From positions 891,492 to 955,491 of the forward strand of contig CM074822.1 of NCBI GenBank assembly GCA_037447605.1: a DNA stretch of 64,000 nt, in the 5' to 3' direction. Under the pieces are notes generated by a model, which saw nothing but the letters and a program-made list of their open reading frames with translations, did no database searches and was not told the DNA's origin. Source of the stretch: Zygnema circumcarinatum SAG 698-1b (Eukaryota; Plantae; Zygnematophyceae). This document shows positions 1 through 9,753 of this stretch, piece by piece; positions within the stretch are counted from its first letter, which is position 1, and each line of letters starts with the position of its first letter. Both the position numbers and the translations under genes were made by a program.

Positions 1-233
1 GAGGCATTGGAGATGAAAACATCTACAAACGAACCATACTTTGACTTTATGGATGGTAAATACTGGGGGAGCAGTTTTGAATAGCCCATCCCCCCCTTCT
101 CCCTCCCCCCCCCCCTTCTCTTTCCCCCCCTCTTTCCCCCCCTCTTTCCCCCCTCATCCTTGTTTTATATTTCACATTTGGCCCTTCCAATCCCATTCTG
201 ATCCTGTCGATTGTGTGGCGAATTGCGGTGCAG

Positions 234-709
234 TTTTTCCAATCGATGCTTTTGGACGAAGGCGATCGAAATTTGGACTGCGACAGGAGATGTGGACCAC
301 TGCTTCATTGTGGGGGCCTACTTCCACTACGCAGGAGGGTTCGAGCCTCCGCAGGTAGCCACTAAAGCATAAAATCAGCAAGAAATAATTCATTTTGGAG
401 TTACGTAATATTTTATACTATAGATTAATGGATAAAAACAACACTTGTTTCAAGTATATGTAATTTGGAAAAATTATGATTTCTGGAGGATATTTCTGCC
501 CTCTTAGTAGCAGTGGTGCAGAATGAGAGAGGGGAGAGAGAGATAGAGAGTGGGAAGAGAGAGGGGCGGAAAGAGAGAGAGATGGGCGGAGCGAGATTGG
601 AGGGGAGAGAGAGAGGGGAAGAGAAGGGAGAGAGGAGCGGGGAGAGAGAGAGGGGGAGGGAGAGAAAGAGGGATAGGGGCAGGAATAGAGAAAGAGGGGG
701 AGAGAGAGG

Positions 710-753
<44 letters not shown>

Positions 754-865
754 TGATTGTTAATTTTGTGGGGATGTGCTGTGGGTGAAGGCATTGGATA
801 TTTCCCCTGCCCCGGGAAGGAGCGACCCCATGTATGTCGTCTTTTCGAGGAAGCTGGCGGCGTGA
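234..865 (+). CDS. 3' part (last two exons, 234-354 and 791-865) of a class I SAM-dependent methyltransferase (Methyltransf_11, plant/cyanobacterial type); 5' exons lie outside the window
   Basis: Splice cag|T at 234 and CAG|GT at 354/355, then aag|GCA at 791 and TGA at 863-865. Spliced product FSNRCFWTKAIEIWTATGDVDHCFIVGAYFHYAGGFEPPQ-ALDISPAPGRSDPMYVVFSRKLAA* matches the recalled C-terminus of plant plastid SAM methyltransferases (FSNRCFWTKA...YFHYAGGF...DISP.PGRSDPMYVV.SRK). Confidence 0.8.
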
Positions 866-1198
866 GGCCGCCTCTGAAGGGGCCAAAAAAGAAAAAAGAA
901 TACCTAATTTTTGAAGTGGGAGTCATTGATTTTCAAACGTCATTTTTTTCTTTTTTAAACATTAATTTTTTCTTCCTAAGGACGAGCCAACGGTGCATTG
1001 TAACACTGTTCTCGCTGACTTCAAGAAGCGCTGTTCTAGTTTTACGGATTATGTACTGAACGGATAACTGAACGGACATAGAACGATGTAAAGTAAGGAG
1101 CACATGCCATCATTGTTTTTTTGTCGTATTTGATGCAAATCCATGGCAGCATGTCCATGCATGCATGCGGCAATTCAATCCCCCACGGTGGACCAGTC

Positions 1199-1290
1199 CC
1201 TCGTGGTTCCCCATGTTGCTGCTTTTGTCCATGCACATGTGATGGCATCATCGCCATGCGTGAGATCAATGCAATTTTCCCTCTCCCTTT
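1199..1290 (+). repeat. ~90-bp dispersed repeat, copy 1 of 3
   Basis: CCTCGTGGTTCCCCATG...GCTTTTGTCCATG.ACAT.TGATGGC...CGCCATGCGTGAG.TCAATGC.ATTTTCCCTCTCCCTT recurs at 18564-18648 (minus) and 37637-37722 (plus). Confidence 0.8.
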
Positions 1291-1738
1291 TTCACATGGA
1301 GGACTATGTCTATGACTAAATCTGAAACTTGAAGGTATTTGGAGCAGAGCTGGTGGAGGTTATCAGTGGAAATATTGTGTACAAACCAATTTATATACTC
1401 ACAAGCCACGCAAGCTAAAAATTAATGGGTTTTTTGTATTTTTTATGTTATTTTCTGGTTATCGATTCCACCTTTTTTTTACCCGTTCTTTCACGTTTGC
1501 ATTCAGTTGGTGCATCGATGATGCGTGAGTGGACGAACAAGGAAAAGATGACATGTGGACACATGACCTTGCGTGTACCATCCAACATTTTGAACATTAT
1601 TTTCACTCGAACCAAACTATGCATACTAAATCAAGAAATGGACCTTCTTGAAAAGCAAACGTTCTTGTTCGGTTTAGAGTTTTTGTTTTTTTGTAAATAA
1701 ACAGTTTAATAATTTAATTTTCTCATCGCTCTCATCAA

Positions 1739-1812
1739 GTCCTCTTGGTGTAGTTGGTTATCACGCTAGTCTCACACACTAGAGGTCCCCAGTTCGAGCC
1801 TGGGGGAGGACA
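1739..1812 (+). tRNA. trnV-CAC: tRNA-Val (anticodon CAC)
   Basis: Full cloverleaf: acceptor stem GTCCTCT/GGAGGAC, D arm GGTGTAGTTGGTTATCAC, anticodon stem CTAGT/ACTAG with CAC at 1773-1775, T arm CCCAG-TTCGAGC-CTGGG. AT-rich upstream region with CAA just 5' of the gene and T-runs downstream (Pol III terminator). Confidence 0.97.
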
Positions 1813-1940
1813 CTGGTGTAGAGACGCCTTTTACCTTTTTCTTCGCGTTTCTGCTCTACGTACCAAAAGTACATTACCGTACTGTCCCCCGCCACGCAAC
1901 TGACAAGCATGGAACGCCTGGCAAGGTGTACCCTGTCGTA

Positions 1941-2635
1941 CAGTAGGGGGTCCTCATATTTTCCACCCTGGTTCCGGCCAAAATGAGGCGAAAATATTAA
2001 TTTTGCATATATAAGGTTCGCGTTACGAATAGACGGGCGGTATTATGTTAGAGTTCATGTTGGACCGTACGTATCGTACCGTACCATATCGTACCGTATC
2101 GTACTGTATCATTGCATCGTATCGTGACATATCGTGACGCATAAGCGTAGTTTTTAGGACTGTTGTTCGTCTCATTGATGTTTCCGTACTACGGATAGTA
2201 CCGTATCGGGGAGTGTCGTATCGTATCGACCATATCGCGGCGTATCGTATCGTATCGAAATCAAGAAGGCGGGGAGAAGAGCGAGCGCCTCATACGGCGG
2301 CACGAGCGGGGAGATTAGGTGAGTTTTGCGTAAGCCCGTAACGGCTAGTACGGACCGTACGGACCGTACGAATAACACAAGTTACCGTACAAAAAGGTGG
2401 TTTCGGCAAAATCGGGGCGAATTTCTTGGGGACGCACTGTACAGGGTGGAAAATATGAGGACTGCTGACTGTACAGTAACCGGATCCCTCGAATCGCACG
2501 GAACCAACGTGGCAAAAACCGGAAACCACACCGGAAACTGGCTACTACTATTAGGACTACTAGGACTATTAGGACTACTACTGGCTACTACTAGGACGCA
2601 CTCCTTAGGGTGGTAAATACGAGGACCCCCCACTG
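1941..2635. mobile_element. Non-autonomous Tc1/mariner-type element (695 bp), TA target duplication
   Basis: TA|CAGTAGGGGGTCCTCATATTT ... AAATACGAGGACCCCCCACTG|TA: 21-bp TIR with 2 mismatches, CAGT termini and TA flanks. The interior holds (CGTAT/CGTAC)n and (CTACTAGGA)n microrepeats and no transposase ORF. Confidence 0.7.
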
Positions 2636-3261
2636 TATCCCTAAAACCCTTCCGTACACCTTAAACCCTCCACCTCCCATTCATAACCCTAAAACCCCTC
2701 CACCTAACACTCAGGTGGTTCGTAGGGTTTAGGGCTGATGGCCGTACGGCCGTACGGCCCGCCTCCTACCGTACAGTTTTGTGGGTTTAAGAGAGCTCGA
2801 AATTGCTGAATGGGGGATGAGCTGCTGCCAACGAGGGTTTAAGGGTTCGGAGTGTAGGGTTGTAGGGATGGTTGTTAGTGTAGTATTTAGGGTTCAGGAT
2901 GTAGGTTTTAGGGTCCATACCATCCCTCCATACATGCACATGCACATGCATTTTTTTTTCCTTTTTAGACACCTTCCACCTCCTTCACTCTAACTTGTGT
3001 CTCAATATCTGAACCTCTTTCCTTCGCCAAAACTGCACTTCACGAAACTAAAAAAAATGATCTTGTTCACAAACAGAGGGTGGAAAAGAAGATCCATTCC
3101 AATACCCTGTAGTGTATGATACAATTATAGTCCACGTCAGCCCAACTGCTTTACGTGGCAGCCTTAGATTGGCCCATGCCATCATACGTGCCTTTAACGC
3201 ATCCAGCCCACACTTGCTGTGTCTAACGGCACACCCCAAAGCATATCCCTCTCTTCAAGGC

Positions 3262-3430
3262 TCAAGTGACTAACCAAGTCAGGTGACTATCAAGCTAAAG
3301 AAACTAACCAAGTAAAAATAGAGTCAACTGACTAACCTAGTCAGGTGACTTTCAAGTAAAGCGACTAACCAAATAAAACTGGTTATCAAGTCAAGTGACT
3401 AGCAGAGTCATCTGACTAACCGAGTCAACC
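3262..3430. repeat. Degenerate ~60-bp tandem repeat rich in GACTAACC/AAGTCA
   Basis: TGACTAACCAAGTCAGGTGACTATCAAG at ~3267 recurs as TGACTAACCTAGTCAGGTGACTTTCAAG at ~3328, with further partial copies. Confidence 0.6.
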
Positions 3431-3460
3431 ACAGACGTATGGAGAGAAGATTCACACCAT

Positions 3461-3597
3461 TCACAACCCTCACTTCACAACCCTAAACCCTAAACCCTAA
3501 ACCCAAAACCCAAAACCCTAAACCAGAACCCTAAACCCTAAATCCACAACCCTAAACACTAAATTCACCACCCTAAACCCTGAATTCACAACCCTAA
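3461..3597. repeat. Interstitial telomere-like tract (CCCTAAA plus TTCACAACCCTAAA variants) overlapping the ethylene receptor stop codon
   Basis: Repeated AAACCCT units interleaved with TTCACAA. Confidence 0.8.
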
Positions 3598-6500
3598 AAA
3601 GCCGCACAGAGCCTTCCCCAGCTCGTCCTTAGCCACAGGTTTCGCAATCACTCCGTTTATGCACAGAAACTGACATCGCCCGCGCGTGAGCTGTTCCGTG
3701 TTGGCCGTAAACGCCACCACCAACGGCCGCGATTTGCCGACATGTGCACCGTAAATCCTCAACGCAACTTCCAGGCCGTCCATGGCCTTCAGGCTCAGTT
3801 CCAACAGAACCAACTGAATTCCGTGACATGGAACGGCCAGCAAGGCCAGCCCCTCCGGCCCGCTGGCAGCCACTTCCACCTGCATATTAAAAAAAAAAAA
3901 AAAAAAAAAATGGAAGGCCGCATGTGCAAATGCTGATACGGGTTCATACATTTTTAGGATAACTAACTTCGTCTCTATCTAACATCGATTTTTCCCCCTG
4001 TTTTAGGGGTTAGGGTTACGGTTAAGAAGAAAAAAAAAAAAAAACTCGTCGATGAATGCATGGAGAGGGAGAGGGAGAGGGAGAGGGAGAGGGAGAGGGA
4101 TGCCCTTACCTGACATCCGAGCGATTCCAACATGTTTCCGGTTGCAATCCGACCGTTCAGATCTTCGTCGATCACCAAAATACGCGTTCCATGTAAGCGG
4201 CGCCGTAACTCCGTTTCCGGAAACTGAAACGGAAGTGCCCTTAACGGACTCCATGTCGCCAAGCTCGGCTGTGCCGCTATTCCGAGATGTGTGACAGCTG
4301 TCAGGATTTTGTCCTTTCCGTTGGGTTGACTTTCAATGGAGACATCTCCACCATGAAGACGGCAAAATCCGCGACACAGCGCCAGTTTGAGACCTGAATT
4401 TATCACCCAAAAAAAAAACGAAAATTAAAAGTAAGTCATTACCTGGCGATGACTGTTAAGAAAAATTAGTTTTTTTTTACCAATTAATGAAATAGGAAGG
4501 ATCCCCCCAAGCAAGGGTTGCTTTGAAATTGAGACTACTGATTAAGTCAAATCTTCAGTTGAATGAGCGTTCACCCTAAACCAATCTAACCTCACTTCAC
4601 AACCCTACACCCTGAATTCACAACCCTAAACCCTAAATTAAACCCGAACTTCACAACCCTAACCCCTAAATTCACAATCCTACACCCTAAATCCACAGCC
4701 CTAAATCCTAGATTCAAAACCCTAAACCCTAAATTCACAACCTGAACCCTAAATTCACAACCCTAAACCCTAACCAATCGATTAAGTTACAAGACATTCG
4801 ATAAAGTCATCGCAAAAGGTGCATTAAACCCTCTTCCCCCCCTTTTCCTCACCTAAAGATGAAGACCTCTCCTCTTTCCGAGCCTCTCGTCCACCTCCTC
4901 CCTCTCCCACTCCCTCTCCCTCTCCCTCTCCCTCCCTCTCCCCCCCCTCCCCTGTAGATATCGCCCTCCACTCTCCCCCCCCATCATCCGAACTCCAAAA
5001 AACCACTCTCAAATAGAAAGATGGGGGCCCCAAAACACTTCCATTTGGGTGCTCATATTCGAACCATTTCCCTCCCTCAAACCTCAAGCAGCCTCCCTCT
5101 AAGGGCCCCTCCTCCCTCCCTGAACCCCCATTTTGTCGTACACGGGAGACTCCCACTACCACTCTCCCTCCCCTGGGAGAGGACCGGCAGGCGAATTCCA
5201 TCAAGTAAGAAGTCACTTGGAGAAGCTTCCGCCTATCTCCCAATCCGGCGATCGGGACCGTCGGATCGATCCGGATATCGACGGCTATGAGACGCTCCAA
5301 GATGAGAGGGTTTAGGGTTTTTCGGGCAGCGGAAAAAAGGTCGTGAAGGAAAAAAGTTTGGAGGTCTAAAGAGGCGGAGCCGTGTTCGAGGGAGGAGTAA
5401 TCGATGACGTCATTGAGGAGGAGGGAGAGAGAGGCGGAGCTTGATATGACATCAGCAATGGCTGAGTGATTGGAGGATTCTTGGGGGTGTTCAGAGTTCT
5501 GCAAAAAGCACAGAAAGAAGGGGCTGTAGTGTAAATTGAAATGGATTTAATTTTAAAAAAAGGTGGTTGAAGGGGAGGGAGATGAGATAGGGGTCGGGAG
5601 ATGATCGAAATTTTGTTTCACATGAGGGTTTGGAAAGAGAAAACAAAAAAAGACTCACCTGCAGAGTTTCGAGAAAACTCGAGATCCGATGAACGGGAGG
5701 ACTGACCTCCTCCGTTATCATCTGCAATGCCCTCAGCAATATGCAAAATTTTGAATTTTACCCAGAATGTGTAATCCCCTTCCCCCTCCCCCCCTTACCC
5801 CCCCCCCCCCTACCCCCCTCCCCCCATCCCCCTCTCCCCCCTCCCCACATCCCTCTCTTCCCCCTCCCTCTTCCCCCTCCCCCTCCCCCCTGCCCCCTGC
5901 CCCCATCCCCCACCCCCCTCCCACCCTCCCCCCCTCTCCCCTCTCCCCTCTCCCCTCCCCCTCCCCCATCCCTTCCTCCCCTCCCCCCTCCCTCCCGCCC
6001 CCTCCCCTCCCCCCCTCCCCCTCCCCCTCCCCCTCCCCCTCCCCCCTCCCTCCCTCCCTCCCTCTCCCCCTCCCCCTCCCCCTCCCCCCTCCCTCTCTCC
6101 CCCTCCCTCCCTCCCCCTCCTCCCTCCCTCCTCCCATCTCCCTCCCTCCCTCCCCCTCCCCCCCTCCCTCTCCCCCCTCCCCTCCCCCTCCCCCCCTCCC
6201 TCTCCCCCTCCCCCTCCCCCTCCTCCCTCCCCCTCCTCCCCCATCTCCCCTCCCTCCCCCCCTCCCCCCCTCCCCCCTTCCCCTCCTCCCATCCTCCCCC
6301 ACATCTCCCCCTCCCCCTCCCCCCTCCCCCTCCCCCTCCCCCTCCCTCCCCCCTCCCCCCTCCCCCTCCCCTTCCCCCTCCCCCCTCTCCCCCTCTCCCA
6401 TCTCCCCTCCTCCCTCCCCCATCCCTCCCTCCCCCTCCCCCTCCCCTCCCCCTCTCCCCTCTCCCCTCTCCCCCCACCCCCTCCCCTCCCCCCTCCCCCC

Positions 6501-9500
6501 CTCCCCTCCCCTCTCCCCCTCCCCCTCCCCCCCTCCCCCCCTCCCCCTCCACCCTCCCCCTCCCCCCCTCCCCCCCTCCCCCCCTCCCCCTCCTCCCTCC
6601 TCCCCCATCTCCCCCCTCCCCCTCCCCCCTCCCCCCCCTCCCCCTCCTCCCCCTCCCCCTCCCCCTCCCCCTCCTCCCCCTCCCCCTTCCCCCTCCCCCT
6701 CTCCCCTCTCCCATCTCCCCCCTCCTCCTCCCCCATCCTCCACCCCCCTCCCCCCCTCCCCCTCCCCCTCTCCCCCTCTCCTCTCCCCCCACCCCCTCCC
6801 CCCTCCCCCTCCCCTCCCCTCCCTCTCCCCCTCCCCCTCCCCCTCCCCCTCCCCCTCCACCCTCCCCCTCCCCCTCCCCCTCCCCCTCCTCCTCCTCCTC
6901 CCCCACATCTCCCCCTCCCCCTCCTCCCCCCTCCCCCCCTCCCCTCCCCTCCCCCTCCCCCTCCCCCTCCCCCTCCTCCCCCTTCCCCCTCCCCCTCTCC
7001 CCTCCCCTCTCCCCTCCTCCCTCCCCCAGCCCTCCCTCCCCCCTCCCCCCTCCCCCTCCCCCTCTCCCTCTCCCCCTCTCCCCTCCTCCTCCCCAACCCT
7101 CCCTCCCCCTCCCCCTCCCCCTCCCCCTCTCCCCCTCTCCCCCTCTCCCCCCACCCCCTCCCCCTCCCCCTCCCCCTCCCCTCTCCCTACCCCTCCCCCT
7201 CCCCCTCCCCTCTCCCTCCCTCACCTTGAGAAAGCTGTGGTGCGTCTCCCTCAGCCTGCTCGCCTCCCTCCCCGCCCTCTCCAACGCTCTGTCCCTCTCC
7301 TCCACCTTCCTCTCCGTGCTCTGCCACAGCTCTCTCATCGCTGCGTGGGAAACCGCTATTGCAACTTGGTCTGCCACTACCTCCACAAGGGAGAGTTCGT
7401 TCACATGCCAACTCCTATTCACTCTATTTGGCAAAGCTAGGGTCAAAATCGCAAACTTTGTCTCTTCCGAGGAGAGACTCTCTCCTCTGCGAGAGAGAGT
7501 CTCTCCTCCCATGTGAAGGAGAGGCACTCTCACAGCTGCGAGAGCTCCTCTCTCACAGGGTCTCCCCGAGAGGAGGGCCATGGCGGCGGCGAGTTCGGAG
7601 GAGGAGGAGATGACTTGGGCGTTAGGGTTTGCTATGACTCGCCGTACGGAGGGGTCGTGGGAGGGGATGGGAGAGGGAGGGAGGGAGCGGGAGAGGAGGA
7701 GGGAGTGGAGCAGTTCCATGTGTGATCCGTCGCGGGAGGGAGCAAAGAGGCAGCAGTTGCTGAGGTTTAGGGTTCGTCCCAGCTCCGCCAAAGTGCTTTT
7801 TAGGACTGCGTTGGAATCTTGGGACATGCATATCTGACAGAGAGAGAGAGAAAGAGAGAGGGAGGGAAAAAATAAGGAATGGAAATTCATATCTGACAGA
7901 GAGAGAGGGGGGAGGAAGGAGTGAGAGGGAGAGAGAGCGAGAATAAGGAATGAAAATGCATATCTGACTGAGCGAGAGGGCGAGAGAGAGAGAGAGAGAG
8001 GAGGGAGGGAGAATTAGGAATGGAAATTCATATCTGACAGAGTGAGGGGCTGGAGGAGTGAGAGGGAGAGAGAGCGAGAATAATGAATGAAAATGCATAT
8101 CTGACTGAGGGAGAGAGCGAGAGAGAGAGAAAGAGAGAAAAGGATAAAGGAATGAAAATAAAGAATCCGGATATAAGAATAGGATGGAAGGTTGGTCAGG
8201 GGAGGATGCATGCCACATGTCCTTTTCTGATTGGTGAGCATGCCACGTGTCCTCACCTGATTGGTGAGCATGCGCACCATGCGGCCAGTCTCCTCCTGAC
8301 ACTTCATCAGTCCAACTTCGCGGTCGAGCTCCTCCGCTTTGTGCTTTAAAAACATTTCACGAATTTTCAAAGCCAGGAGGTCCGGAATCACCTGTCACAA
8401 AAAAAAGAAAAAAACAAACAAACAAAAACAGAAAACTAAGGAAACAACCTAATGTGAATGGGCGAGGTTTAATTATTAGAAATTAAAAATAATTCCTTAA
8501 AGTATTTTCAATTCTACACCCACCCCCCCCCTCCCCCCTTTTGACTGAATATGGGAATCCTGAAAGCGGTCAACGCTCACATGGAGAAGGACGAGCGCTG
8601 TAACGCACGAAACTAGCGCACATAGAACCTTCACAACTGTGGCTGCCACGTGGACATGCAACGAGCTCTCTCCCACTGTCCACATGCTCATCGCGTGCGT
8701 AATTCTGCAAATAATTACAAAAACATCACATACATATATGTTGTATATATACATATATGTTGTACAAAATAAAAAAAAGATAGAGAGAGTTTCCGAAACG
8801 TGTGGGTGGGCTCTAAAGCACAGGCATTCTAACCGTGGGAAGAGAGAAGAAGGCCTAAACAAGAGAGACAATGGGTGCAGGAAAACTGAACTGAATTTTT
8901 TTGCATGGAACGGGAAGTGGGTTGTCACCCGCAGAGCACGATGAAGGCGCTGAAGAGGAGGAGAATCCACCGGAAAGGGAACACCTGCGACTTGCTCATG
9001 AAGTAGAGGAGCTCCAAGGGGATGCTGGATAGGGAGGGGAGGAGGGAGAGGGAGAGGGAGAGGGAGAGGGAGAGGGAGAGGGAGAGGGAGAGGGAGAGGG
9101 GGAGGGTGTAAGTGGACGAAATTAATCGACTGATTCCTGACTCCTTTCATCTCATCTCACTCGCTCCTCCTCTCCCGTTCCACGTTCTCCCCCTCCCATC
9201 GCCTCTTCCCCCACTCCCTCCTCCACCCTCCCTCTTCCCTCCCCCCTCCCTCCCTCTTTCTCTCACTCTCTTTCTCTCCCCCATTTCTATTCCATCTCCA
9301 CCCCCCTCTCACTCCCCCATCTGCCTGCCAGCTCGCCTCCCTCTGCAGCCTTCCTCTTCCCTCTCGCTTCCTTCTTCCTTCTCTCCCACCGTAGCCATCC
9401 CCTAGAAAGGGGGGGAAGAGGCGCGAGAGGGAGAGAGAGAAAAAGAGAGAGAGCGAGAGAGAGAGAGTTAGAGAGAGAGAGACAGAGAGCGAGAGGGAGA

Positions 9501-9753
9501 GAGAGAGAGAGAGAGAGAAAGAGCACCCCTCCCCTCCCCACCTGAAGTAGGCCAAAGCGATCCAAAAGTCGGAGAGGAACTGCGCGTGGAACATCCATGC
9601 CTCTCCTCCGTACACTCCTCCGTACCGCCCTCCATACGGTCCGTACCCTCCTCCGTACGCGCGCGCGCTGCGGTCGAGCGAGAGGGCGAGCGCGGCCCCG
9701 CCAAGGACCAGCGCGGCGACGACCAGGCCCACGCTCCACCGGAACCGCTCCAT
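3586..9753 (-). CDS. ETR: Ethylene receptor (ETR/ERS family): N-terminal hydrophobic leader, 3-TM ethylene-binding domain, GAF, degenerate His-kinase, pseudo-receiver; ~820 aa, 9 exons
   Basis: Exons (minus) 9753-9542, 9024-8929, 8704-8581, 8391-8257, 7833-7225, 5721-5659, 5498-4853, 4393-4110, 3879-3586. All junctions are GT/AG and phases are consistent; total 2463 nt. Motifs [113 protein letters not shown] parallel Arabidopsis ETR1. Confidence 0.95.
4575..4775. repeat. Interstitial telomere-like tract within intron 7 of the ethylene receptor
   Basis: Repeated CCCTAAA / AATTCACAACCCTAAA units, the same composite unit as 3461-3597. Confidence 0.8.
5778..7220. repeat. ~1.45 kb nearly pure C/T tract (G/A on the sense strand) filling intron 5 of the ethylene receptor
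   Basis: Runs of CCCCCT/CCCTCT with almost no G. It produces the long Pro-rich and Gly-rich spurious ORFs in the track. Confidence 0.9.
7829..8110 (-). repeat. Five tandem copies of a polypyrimidine tract plus CAG|ATATG splice-acceptor unit in intron 4 of the ethylene receptor
   Basis: CATATCTGAC(A/T)G on the plus strand at ~7829, 7888, 7959, 8029 and 8096, each followed by a GA-rich tract. Confidence 0.8.

Noticed and set aside
787-865. Apparent frameshift in the methyltransferase last exon
   Set aside because: On recount the frame reads ALDISPAPGRSDPMY without interruption.
4443-4452. Possible 10-nt microexon (ag|TCATCGCCAG|gt) in the ethylene receptor
   Set aside because: The direct 4853-to-4393 splice is already in phase. 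Including the microexon breaks the frame and leaves a 49-nt intron.
5733-7890. Long Pro-rich (extensin-like) and Gly-rich ORFs
   Set aside because: They are translations of the C/T tract in ethylene receptor intron 5, bounded by valid splice sites that keep the receptor in frame.
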